DNA of 64,000 nt from a bacterium. GTDB taxonomy: Bacteria > Bacillota > Clostridia > Oscillospirales > Oscillospiraceae. The position numbers were made by a program, and so were the translations under genes. The stretch lies in the NCBI GenBank assembly GCA_963625685.1, contig CAVFTR010000010.1, positions 1,710 through 65,709 on the forward strand, in the 5' to 3' direction. The notes under the pieces were generated by a model. It was not told where the DNA came from. It saw only the letters and a list, made by a program, of their open reading frames with translations, and searched no databases. Below, piece after piece: positions 44,914 to 53,296 of this stretch. Numbering within the stretch: position 1 is the stretch's first letter; the number at the start of each line of letters is the position of its first letter.

Positions 44914-47285
44914 CAGAACTCTCCGTGCGCGTTTCTTGCCATGATGGAATCCTGCATTTCCCTGGAGAGATTAGTGAACTGTGCCGAGTAGCCGGCGACG
45001 CGGACCAGAAGGCTCCTGTATTTCTCGGGGTTTTTCTGTGCGTCGGCCAGCACCTCGTTGGAGATGCAGTTGAACTGCACATGGAAGCCGCCGAGCGCGA
45101 AATACGACTGGAGCATCGCGCCCAGATTCGCGCGGCCTCTCCTGGTCGCGACAAGATCGTGATTGAGCCGCAGGTTCAGCAGAGTTCCGCCGCTGTGGAT
45201 ATCGTGCTCCATCTTCGCGGCGCTGCGAAGCGCTGCAAGGCAGGTCGATGTGTCCGAGCCGGTGTAGGGCGAAACGCCCTCGTTGATCGGATCCCTTGCG
45301 CGGCGGCCGTCCGGAGTCGCTCCCAGCACCTTGCCGGTAGGCAGGTAGTTGGAGATGCCCATGAAGGCCGTCACGAAGTGATTGCCGTACAGGTCCTTAT
45401 AGCCGGTGACCTCCGAATAGAAGAACTCCTCCAGCAGCCTCGCGATGGAATCGACGTAATCGTCGTCGTTGCCGTACTTGGGGCAGGCCAGCGCCTCCTG
45501 TCTGAGCTGCTCATAGCCCTCCCAATTGGCGTCGATCGCATCAATGATGTCCGAAAGCGTATATTTCTTTTCTTCAAAAACGAGTTTTTTGATGACCGCC
45601 AGAGCGTTTGCGGTAACTGACAGACCGACGCCGGTGAACACGGGCCCGATATTGTACTTTGCTCCGCCGTCCACAAGATCCCTGCCGTTTTTCATGCAGT
45701 ACTCGTTGCATACGGACATGAACGGACGGTGGCCGATCTCTCTGTGTATCTCCTGTGCGGTGACAAGAGAGATGACGCCCTGCTTTACAAGATAGCCGAA
45801 CTGCTTTTTCCATGCCTCGACGATCTCGTCAACGGACGTAAAGGTCCTGGGATCCTTTTCGGGAACGGATACCTGCTCGTTTGACAGGCGGCTCCTTCCT
45901 TCGTTGAGCGCAAACTCAAGAGCGGCGGCAAAGCTGATGCTCGCAGCGGAGGTCCACTGGAAGGTCTTTCTGGAGTGGGGCACGACACAGCCGCAGTTGT
46001 TCCAGTCCTTCGCGTCCTTTGGCTCGTAGCCGAGGTTTGAAAGCATCTGGTAGCCCGTGCGGTCGCCGTGGATCGCGGGGAAGCCGCAGCCGGTGGATAC
46101 GAGCTCCGTGACTGCCTCCATGAACTCGGGCGGGCAGTCAGGATGGATACGGCAGCTGAGCGTGGGCTGATGCGTCATGCACTCTCTGGTCGCCTGAAGC
46201 GCCATATAGGATATCGTGTTGGTCGCATCCGTGCCGTCGACCTTTGTGCCGCCGATCGTCAGGTTCTCGAAGTTTGTATAACCGGCGAAGAAGCCGGCGG
46301 TGTTCTTGGAAATGGTCCAGGCCCACTCGGAATACTTCAGCCACAGGCACTCGACATACTCGAGTGCTGAATCGTAATCGATCCTTCCGGCCTTCAGGTC
46401 CGCCTCGTAATAGGGATACATATACTGGTCAAAGCGGCCGGGGTTCCATGCCAGGGGATTTTCGGAAATGATGCCGCCCAGCTGTACGAACCACACGAAC
46501 TGTATCGCCTCGCGGAAGCTCTTTGGCGGGTTTGCGGGAACAGCGGCGCATATCCGCGCTATCTCCCCGAGCTCGGCCTTTCTCTTCGGGTCGTTCTCGG
46601 CAGCGGCCATTTCCGCCGCCTTTTCGGAATAACGGCGGCCGAGCGCCATCATGCCGTCGGCGATCAGGATAGCCGATCTGTAGAAATCTATCTTCTTTTT
46701 CTCCTCGGGGATAGCCTCGTTAAGGCCGCTTATATATTCCTCGGCCTCCTTTTTGATGCCCGCGTAGCCCTTCGGCAGCAGCACGTCGATATAGTCGGCG
46801 GATATCTCGCCAATGCCGTTTCTCCACTTGGAGTCGGTGTCAAGAAATCCGGTATCGACGCCGATCTTCCTGGTCGCCTCTGAGGTGCGCGCAAGGAAGG
46901 CTTCCTCGACGCTTTTGCCCTTCCAGTAGGGGAAGATGTTCTCGCGTATAAATTTTGTCTGCTCGGGCGTTACATCGTACGGGTCCTGTCCCCTCTCCGG
47001 GAACGTGTCGATCTCGTCATTGATCCACAGCCAGCCGAATTCCGGCGTCAGGATCGCACATTTGCGGTATTCGCCGCTCGTGCCGACGACGAGCTCGCCC
47101 TCCCATATATTCACCGACAGCTCATTGCAGGTGTCCTTGAAGGCCTGTGCGACACGTATAATGTGAGGAAGTCCTTCGGTCCTCTGAAAGGATTTCGTCC
47201 AGCTCCACGCTCTTTCGTAAGAGATATGCGGCTTTGTATTGACATAATTTTGACGGATCTTTTCCACTCTTTCCGTGATGGCCAT
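44913..47285 (-). CDS. glycyl radical enzyme, PFL2/glycerol-dehydratase-like family, substrate unknown
   Basis: ORF track 44913..47369. The likely start is the ATG at 47285 (MAITERVEKIRQNY), giving 790 aa. C-terminal glycyl-radical motif RVAGYS (Gly765). Cys loop NNCGCVVPH (Cys431/Cys433). Confidence 0.9.
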   Translation of the reverse strand: MAITERVEKIRQNYVNTKPHISYERAWSWTKSFQRTEGLPHIIRVAQAFKDTCNELSVNIWEGELVVGTSGEYRKCAILTPEFGWLWINDEIDTFPERGQDPYDVTPEQTKFIRENIFPYWKGKSVEEAFLARTSEATRKIGVDTGFLDTDSKWRNGIGEISADYIDVLLPKGYAGIKKEAEEYISGLNEAIPEEKKKIDFYRSAILIADGMMALGRRYSEKAAEMAAAENDPKRKAELGEIARICAAVPANPPKSFREAIQFVWFVQLGGIISENPLAWNPGRFDQYMYPYYEADLKAGRIDYDSALEYVECLWLKYSEWAWTISKNTAGFFAGYTNFENLTIGGTKVDGTDATNTISYMALQATRECMTHQPTLSCRIHPDCPPEFMEAVTELVSTGCGFPAIHGDRTGYQMLSNLGYEPKDAKDWNNCGCVVPHSRKTFQWTSAASISFAAALEFALNEGRSRLSNEQVSVPEKDPRTFTSVDEIVEAWKKQFGYLVKQGVISLVTAQEIHREIGHRPFMSVCNEYCMKNGRDLVDGGAKYNIGPVFTGVGLSVTANALAVIKKLVFEEKKYTLSDIIDAIDANWEGYEQLRQEALACPKYGNDDDYVDSIARLLEEFFYSEVTGYKDLYGNHFVTAFMGISNYLPTGKVLGATPDGRRARDPINEGVSPYTGSDTSTCLAALRSAAKMEHDIHSGGTLLNLRLNHDLVATRRGRANLGAMLQSYFALGGFHVQFNCISNEVLADAQKNPEKYRSLLVRVAGYSAQFTNLSREMQDSIMARNAHGEF

Positions 47286-47326
47286 TTTCGTTCTTCCTTT
47301 CCTGATCAAATAATGATCCCATTCTC

Positions 47327-47400
47327 GGTTGTGCAGAAACCGCGCTTTTTTGTGCGTTATATTGCACAACCAACATACTGCATCGTCATAAATAAGTCAA
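47327..47400 (-). promoter_or_regulatory. GRE-operon promoter plus repeated TGCACAA operator-like motif
   Basis: On the minus strand, TTGACT (47400-47395), 17-nt spacer, TATGTT (47377-47372). Immediately downstream is GGTTGTGCAatataacGCACAAaaaagcgcggtttcTGCACAACC (47371-47327), containing three motif copies and a 9-bp outer inverted repeat. Confidence 0.5.
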
Positions 47401-47484
47401 GCTGCTTTTCGATCTCTTTGATAATTTTAGGTAATACTAACATATGTGAAGTAGGCAATTTGGTGAAATTGACATATCAGGGCA

Positions 47485-47527
47485 TAATAAAACCGGGGCC
47501 GCAGCGGAAATTTCTGTGCAGTCCCGG
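47485..47527 (-). terminator. terminator candidate downstream of the XRE-cupin regulator
   Basis: On the minus strand, an imperfect GC hairpin CCGGGACTGCACAG...CGCTGCGGCCCCGG is followed by TTTTATTAT. Confidence 0.45.
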
Positions 47528-47561
47528 CTATATTCCGGTGCAGTATAGTGTTCAGATTTGC

Positions 47562-48128
47562 TTAGTCCTTATAAACCACGATGTTGACCAGCGTCGTCGT
47601 TTTATCGCTCGAATTGTGGTACATATGGGGCTGATCGGCTGCGAAGGAGATCGCGCTGCCGGGCTGTACCTCATACTTCTGTGCACCGACGAACAGCTCC
47701 AGTGTGCCCCCGAAGACGATCAGATATTCCATCGTACCTGCGGCGTGAGGCTCCGAGCTGCTGGAGGCGCCGGGGTCGAGCTCGATGTAAAGCATCTCAA
47801 AGGGCCTGTCTGCGCTGACGGGGAAATAGGGATACAGGCGCATGAGCTTATCCTCGCTCTGCATCATGTCGACATTTTCCTTGCCGACGAGCATGACGCT
47901 TTCCTGGCCGTGCTCGATCAGGGATGTGAACGGAACATGCAGGCCGGACGCGATCTTCCAGAGAGTAGAAACAGACGTATTGGTCTCAGCGCGCTCTATC
48001 TGGCCGATCATGCTCTTGCTGACTCCTGAAAGTGCGGCGAGCTGATCCATGCTTAGCTTCTGCCTCTCACGGAAGGTTTTCAAGTTGTGTGCGATGATCC
48101 CACAGACATAATCTGCATTTTCTTTCAT
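47562..48128 (-). CDS. XRE-family HTH transcriptional regulator with C-terminal cupin domain
   Basis: 188 aa. The HTH is QLAALSGVSKSMIGQIERAETNTSVSTLWKIA. The C-terminal beta-barrel region is PuuR-like in architecture. Confidence 0.85.
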   Translation of the reverse strand: MKENADYVCGIIAHNLKTFRERQKLSMDQLAALSGVSKSMIGQIERAETNTSVSTLWKIASGLHVPFTSLIEHGQESVMLVGKENVDMMQSEDKLMRLYPYFPVSADRPFEMLYIELDPGASSSSEPHAAGTMEYLIVFGGTLELFVGAQKYEVQPGSAISFAADQPHMYHNSSDKTTTLVNIVVYKD

Positions 48129-48365
48129 TTCGGGGCTCCTTATGCGTTTGAAAATCGCGTTTTTTAGATTTTTGTTGATTTTTGATTATACCATATATCC
48201 GAGATAAATCAATAGTCAGCTGAGGCTTGTGCATTAAAAAAGGCATAAGGAGAACTGTTTTTCTCTGTGTAAATATTGGTTTTGCAGTAAATATATGCCG
48301 CTGCTGTCCGTAAGAAGCGGCCATGCGTCAGCATCGCGCTGCTGCATGGCCGTTTTTTGTGCGTA

Positions 48366-48833
48366 TTACTTTTTCTCGTCGTCGGAGCCGGTGTCGAACT
48401 CGAGCTCCGCGTCGCATTTGGGACAGCGGATGGAGCCGAAATCGAGGTCCTCCTCGAAGACGGTTATCGTCTCGCCGCACTTGGGGCAGGTCACCTCGTA
48501 CTCCTGCACATCGCCGCAGGAGGAGCAGCAGCCCGTGCACGGCGGCAGCTCGCCGTCGTCGTCCTCGTCCTCATAATCGGCGCCGCCGAAGCCGCAGCCG
48601 CAGTCGTCAGACTCGCCGATGCAGAGGTCCTCGAGGTATTCCATGTCCTCGTTTATGTCGTTGATGCTGTCGGAAAGGTCCTTGGCATGGGCGTCAACCG
48701 CCTCGATATCCCCGGCCATGGTCTCGAGCACATCGATCACGGCGAGCATGAGCTTGCCCTCGCTTGTACTGTCATTTATGCCGAGGCCGTCCGCAAGGCC
48801 CTTGAGATATGCTACTTTTTCACTTACTGTCAT
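48366..48833 (-). CDS. acidic zinc-ribbon protein of unknown function
   Basis: 155 aa. The N-terminal helical domain is followed by an Asp/Glu-rich linker and paired CPKCG...CPKCD ribbons. RBS AAGGAG. Confidence 0.6.
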   Translation of the reverse strand: MTVSEKVAYLKGLADGLGINDSTSEGKLMLAVIDVLETMAGDIEAVDAHAKDLSDSINDINEDMEYLEDLCIGESDDCGCGFGGADYEDEDDDGELPPCTGCCSSCGDVQEYEVTCPKCGETITVFEEDLDFGSIRCPKCDAELEFDTGSDDEKK

Positions 48834-49092
48834 TAATTATCTCCTTTTTTGGCGGCGTCTTTTCGATGGCGCAGCCGCATTGTGCCGATACGATCTTTGC
48901 GTTATCCCGACCGGCAGTTGCGGTGAAAACCGCGGCATAGAGTGCGGCGCAGTTTTTGAGATGCTGCATAAACATTGCATCGCACTCACGGGACGCGAAA
49001 CGTTCTTATTTATGCCATTGTTTCGATACCGTGCCGCCGCAATGAACGTATAAATACAGCCTTAATACGCCTCTAAAAAAGCGCCATTAAAA

Positions 49093-49656
49093 TCACTTGG
49101 AGCGGCTGAGGTACTCGCCGGTACGGGTGTCTATCTGGATCTTCTCGCCGGGCTCGATGAAGAGCGGCACCTTGACCTCCGCGCCGGTCTCGAGCGTCGC
49201 GGGCTTGGTCGCGTTGGTCGCGGTGTTGCCTGCAAAGCCGGGGTCGGTGTCGGTGACGACGAGGTCGACGAAGAAGGGCGGCTCGACGTTGAAGACCTTG
49301 CCCTTGTAGGAGTAGATGGTGCACTCCATATTTTCCTTTACGAACTTGAAGCTGTCTCCGAGGTTGGACTCGTCGACGGGCTCGAGCTCATAGGTCTCGG
49401 GGTCCATGAAGTAATAGAGGCTGCCGTCGTTGTAGCTGTATTCCATGGTCTTGCGCTCGACGGTTGCGGTCTCGAACTTTGCGGTGGGGTTAAAGGAAGT
49501 CTCGGTGACTGCGCCGGTGATGACGTTCTTCATCTTGGTGCGGACGAAGGCCGCGCCCTTGCCGGGCTTGACGTGCTGGAAGGAAACGACCTGCATGACC
49601 TGGCCGTCCATCTCAAAGGTAACACCGTTTCTGAAATCACCTGCTGTAATAGGCAT
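49093..49656 (-). CDS. efp: elongation factor P
   Basis: 187 aa with [19 protein letters not shown] containing the conserved modified Lys loop. Confidence 0.95.
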   Translation of the reverse strand: MPITAGDFRNGVTFEMDGQVMQVVSFQHVKPGKGAAFVRTKMKNVITGAVTETSFNPTAKFETATVERKTMEYSYNDGSLYYFMDPETYELEPVDESNLGDSFKFVKENMECTIYSYKGKVFNVEPPFFVDLVVTDTDPGFAGNTATNATKPATLETGAEVKVPLFIEPGEKIQIDTRTGEYLSRSK

Positions 49657-49740
49657 AATGGATTGTCCTCCTATGTGAAGTCTAAAATTGATTTGTCTAT
49701 AGCCTTATTAGTCTACATTATATTGCGCCATATTGCAAGA

Positions 49741-50001
49741 TTATTTTCTCTTTTTGCTCTTATTTTCCTTATCCGGCGCGTCATTTTCGCGTTTTCCGGT
49801 GCGTTTTTCAAACGCTATCTGGAACATATAGACCATCATGGCCAGCACGCCGATTATGTACAGTATGTTCCGCAGCCCCGCCGGGAAGTTCGGAATGAAG
49901 CTCTGAAGCAGCGCGGTCACGCACACCACGATGAAGCCGATGTACAGAAACGGCGTCAGCGACAGGTCGAATTTTTTCTTTTTCTTGTTTCCCTTTGCCA
50001 T
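49741..50001 (-). CDS. small membrane protein, hypothetical
   Basis: 86 aa with Lys-rich ends and two TM helices. RBS GAGGGAGAG. Confidence 0.5.
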   Translation of the reverse strand: MAKGNKKKKKFDLSLTPFLYIGFIVVCVTALLQSFIPNFPAGLRNILYIIGVLAMMVYMFQIAFEKRTGKRENDAPDKENKSKKRK

Positions 50002-50014
50002 TGTTTCTCTCCCT

Positions 50015-51085
50015 CTATAAAATTATCAGTTCCTTGCTCGCCTTCGTTATGTTCTCGCAGCCGCCCTCGCTCAGGATGAGCACGTCCTCGATGCGCACGC
50101 CGAATTTTCCGGGCAGATATATGCCGGGCTCTGCCGATATCACGGCTCCGTCGGGCATCGGTGCCGTCGCCGATGGCGCGGCGGCCGGGCTCTCGTGGAT
50201 ATAAAGCCCCAGCGAGTGGCCGAAGCTGTGCCCGAAATACTCGCCGTAGCCCGCGCCGTCGATAACGCGCCGCGCAGCGCCGTCTATCTCCGCGCCCGTG
50301 ACTCCCGCCGCGGCCCTTTCTATGCCCGCGAGCTGGGCGCGCAGGACGATATCGTAGACGTTTTTCATCTCGTCGGCAGCATGGCCGACGGCGACGGTTC
50401 GCGTCATGTCCGAGCAGTAGCCGTCCTTTTTGCAGCCGAAATCCATCGTAACAAAATCGCCCTCCCGCACGACGGCGTCCGAGGGCACGCCGTGCGGCAT
50501 GCTCGTGTTCGTTCCCGTGAGAGCGATGGGCTCGAAGCTGTTGCCCTCGCCGCCGTGCTTTAAAAGCCTGTAGCTTATCTCGGCGGCGATATCGCGCTCC
50601 GTGACGCCGGGTCGGATGATGTGCAGAACGTCGTCGAGCGCCTTTTCCGCTATCGCCTGGGCGCGGCGCATGCTGCGCTTTTCCGCCTCGTCCTTCGAGG
50701 CGCGCAGGCTGTTGAACAGGCTCTGGCAGGGCCGAAGCTGTACTCCCAGCGCCTTCTGCCAGGCGAGATAGGCCCCGTGCGGGAGTGAAAACTCCTCCGC
50801 GCCGGGCATCGTCACCCCGCACTCGGCCATCGCCTCGCGCACGAGCTCTGTAAGGCGCCTGCCCGAGCCGAACATGCGCAGCTTTATATCGCTCGAAACG
50901 CTTCGCTGCGCGGCCTCCATATAGCGCGAGTCGGTGAACAGGAACGCTTCGTCGAGCGTCACGAGCACCGCGCCGTCGGTGAAGGGAACGCCCGTCGCAT
51001 AGCGCTGGTTCAATTCATCCGTTATCAGCACCGCGTCGAGGCCGAGGTCGATGAGCCCTCCGCGGATCTTCGCAAGTCTTTCCAT
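50015..51085 (-). CDS. pepP: Xaa-Pro aminopeptidase (M24B)
   Basis: 356 aa with M24 metal ligands in DFGC..DGYCSDMTRT, HSFGHSLG and EPG. Shows the classic pepP-efp linkage. Confidence 0.9.
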   Translation of the reverse strand: MERLAKIRGGLIDLGLDAVLITDELNQRYATGVPFTDGAVLVTLDEAFLFTDSRYMEAAQRSVSSDIKLRMFGSGRRLTELVREAMAECGVTMPGAEEFSLPHGAYLAWQKALGVQLRPCQSLFNSLRASKDEAEKRSMRRAQAIAEKALDDVLHIIRPGVTERDIAAEISYRLLKHGGEGNSFEPIALTGTNTSMPHGVPSDAVVREGDFVTMDFGCKKDGYCSDMTRTVAVGHAADEMKNVYDIVLRAQLAGIERAAAGVTGAEIDGAARRVIDGAGYGEYFGHSFGHSLGLYIHESPAAAPSATAPMPDGAVISAEPGIYLPGKFGVRIEDVLILSEGGCENITKASKELIIL

Positions 51086-51094
51086 ACGCTGTCC

Positions 51095-52276
51095 TCAGAA
51101 GTTCCTGACCTCGTCGCCTTCGAGCGCCCAGGTGAATTTTTCGAGCTCGTCGGTCGAATCGGAGGTCAGGAGATCGACCAGCAGTATCGTGCCGTCCTTG
51201 CCGCTCTGGAATATGCCGCGGATGACCCGGGTCCCGTCGGCGAGCTCATAGGACACGGCGATGTTCGGCATAACGTCGGGGATGTAGCTTATGACCTCCA
51301 CGCCCTCACCGCTGGTGAGATAGTTGCGCTGCCACAGCGTGCGGCTTTCGGTGTAGACCTTGACGTTGTACACGGTCTCCTCGGCCGAGAGCACGACGCT
51401 CTGCCCCTCGGCGTCGACCGTCACGGTGTCGAGGATATTGAGGCTGTTTCTGTCTATCGTAAAGCCGTTGTCGGCGAGGATCAGGCCGTTGTCGCCCTCG
51501 TAGTCGACCGGCGCAAGGTCCATGCTCAAAAACTCCTCAAGCGCGGAGTACGGGATCTCGAACAGCAGCACGCCGCAGCTGTAGGGCGCGATGTCATAGG
51601 GATTTGCGTACACGACGAGGCCCGTGTCGTTTAGGTACCAGTTGCTGCCCGAGTCGACGAGCGCGCCTATCGAGCCCTCGAGGTCGTCAAAGAAGATGCT
51701 TTCGCCGTTTTCCTTGTATTCGTCTCCGGCGGCGAGGCCGATGACGTAGTTTTTGATGAAGGTCTTGAGCTGCTCCTCGTTCTTTGCGATATCCGCAAGG
51801 CTCAGCAGAGCGCCGCTGTCGGAGTCGTAGCTGCGGCTTATGCGCGTAAAGTCGGCGTGCAGGCCGCCGTTATCCTGCGAGACGTCGAACACGACGCTCA
51901 GCGCGCGCGTATCGCAGCGCGTGACGCTCGGCGTGCAGTAGTAGCTCAGCTCGATGATCTCGCCCTCTGGCTGATCGGCGGCGACGCGCTTCGTGCGCTC
52001 GGCGTCGGCGCGGAACCTGACGTAGAGCTCTGCAAGAGACGCGTTTATGCGCTCGGCCGCGTGCTCGTCCTTCGAGCTTATCTGAGCCACGCCCAGGCTC
52101 TGCTTATAGTATGCGCTGCCGTCGGCGTCGCTGAGCTGCTCGTCTGTAAAGCTGTAGCTTGCCATCATGTCAAACTGCGGCACCGGCGTGCGCTTTTCAA
52201 AATCAATGCCGTGCTGACACGCACACAGACAAAACAGCATCGCACAGCAGAGCAGCGCTGAAATAATCCTCTTCAT
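51095..52276 (-). CDS. lipoprotein with DUF3298/DUF4163-like (RsiV-type) domains
   Basis: ORF track 51095..52303. The likely start is the ATG at 52276 (MKRIISALLCCAMLFCLCAC lipobox). The domain call is tentative. Confidence 0.6.
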   Translation of the reverse strand: MKRIISALLCCAMLFCLCACQHGIDFEKRTPVPQFDMMASYSFTDEQLSDADGSAYYKQSLGVAQISSKDEHAAERINASLAELYVRFRADAERTKRVAADQPEGEIIELSYYCTPSVTRCDTRALSVVFDVSQDNGGLHADFTRISRSYDSDSGALLSLADIAKNEEQLKTFIKNYVIGLAAGDEYKENGESIFFDDLEGSIGALVDSGSNWYLNDTGLVVYANPYDIAPYSCGVLLFEIPYSALEEFLSMDLAPVDYEGDNGLILADNGFTIDRNSLNILDTVTVDAEGQSVVLSAEETVYNVKVYTESRTLWQRNYLTSGEGVEVISYIPDVMPNIAVSYELADGTRVIRGIFQSGKDGTILLVDLLTSDSTDELEKFTWALEGDEVRNF

Positions 52277-52394
52277 TGCTTTCACCTTTCTCACGGGTGT
52301 CAAAAGGCTTCATAATGTTAACAGACTGCTAACAAAGCCTTGAAACACAAGAGTTTTGCACACTTTCAACATAGTTGTCAACACATTATGTAAA

Positions 52395-52982
52395 TCATTT
52401 ATCCCCGCTGCTCAGGAAGCCCTTTATGCCGCTGAAGCAGTACGTATCCAGAACGTAGGCCACGCGCTCTGGCTCCTCCTTCATGCCGTTATCCAGCCAG
52501 TACTTTACTACGGTCGATATCGAGGATACCAGAAGCCCCTTGAGGCACTCTGTCATCTGCCCGCTCAGCTCGCCCAGGACGAGTATCTCCTGCTCGAGAT
52601 AGGCGTCGGCGTGGCGGCGTATCACCTTTAGCATGGCGTCGTGATCGCCGTATGGTCCGGCAAAGACGCGGCAGAGCTCCTCGTTTTCCTTGAGAAGGCG
52701 CAGAGTCTGGAGCGAGTTGAGGCGATTGACGCCTGTCTCGCGCATTCTCCGCTCCATGGCCTCGGACAGCTGCTCCTCGAGGCTCTGCTTGAGCTCGTAG
52801 GGGTCCGAGTAGTGCGCGTAAAAGGTGCCGCGGTTTATATCCGCCTCGCGGCAGATCTCCGTAACGCTTATCTTTTCGATCGGCTTTTCGGCGAGCAGCC
52901 GCAGGAAGCCGTCCCTGATCGCCTGCTTTGTGTATCTCACGCGCCTGTCTTCTTTTTTCGGTCTGACTTTCTCCACGTTCAT
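52395..52982 (-). CDS. TetR/AcrR-family transcriptional regulator
   Basis: About 195 aa with an N-terminal TetR HTH (ISVTEICREADINRGTFYAHY). Confidence 0.85.
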   Translation of the reverse strand: MNVEKVRPKKEDRRVRYTKQAIRDGFLRLLAEKPIEKISVTEICREADINRGTFYAHYSDPYELKQSLEEQLSEAMERRMRETGVNRLNSLQTLRLLKENEELCRVFAGPYGDHDAMLKVIRRHADAYLEQEILVLGELSGQMTECLKGLLVSSISTVVKYWLDNGMKEEPERVAYVLDTYCFSGIKGFLSSGDK

Positions 52983-53137
52983 CACGTTCCTTATAATATT
53001 TTATCTGTAAAACATTTTACTATACATCCGTCCGGAAATCAACACCGTGTTTTCTTGGAGGTGCATTGACGCATATTGTGTAAGCCCGGTACCGAGGCTT
53101 CGATACCGGGCTTACGGAGATAAACATCAGACTGTCA

Positions 53138-53296
53138 TTAAAGCTTTACATTGCGCCGCTGCGAATCGTAGACCTTATTGAGCAGGGGACGGACGCCGTA
53201 GTACAGCAGCTTGTTGTCGAGATTGAACCAGTATATGAGCATGCTTGCGGGAATAACGCTCAGCATGCCGATGAGAAGCTTCCTTTTCATATGCAT
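53138..53296 (-). CDS. 52-aa single-TM peptide, translationally coupled to the dehydratase-family gene
   Basis: Below the ORF-track cutoff. The ATG overlaps the upstream stop (TGATG at 53298-53294). Sequence MHMKRKLLIGMLSVIPASMLIYWFNLDNKLLYYGVRPLLNKVYDSQRRNVKL. Confidence 0.45.
   Translation of the reverse strand: MHMKRKLLIGMLSVIPASMLIYWFNLDNKLLYYGVRPLLNKVYDSQRRNVKL

Noticed and set aside
48880-48925. ACGCAAAG in the leader at 48834-49092 resembles the conserved GACGCAAAGC block of c-di-GMP-I (GEMM-I) riboswitches.
   Set aside because: I could not find the partner GGCAAA/tetraloop-receptor elements or a consistent two-helix GEMM fold. One 8-mer is not sufficient evidence.
53070-53137. Perfect 12-bp stem hairpin GTAAGCCCGGTA...TACCGGGCTTAC after the 52-aa ORF, considered as a terminator.
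   Set aside because: No T-tract follows on either strand, so I did not list it as a rho-independent terminator. It may still be an RNA-stabilising or rho-dependent element.
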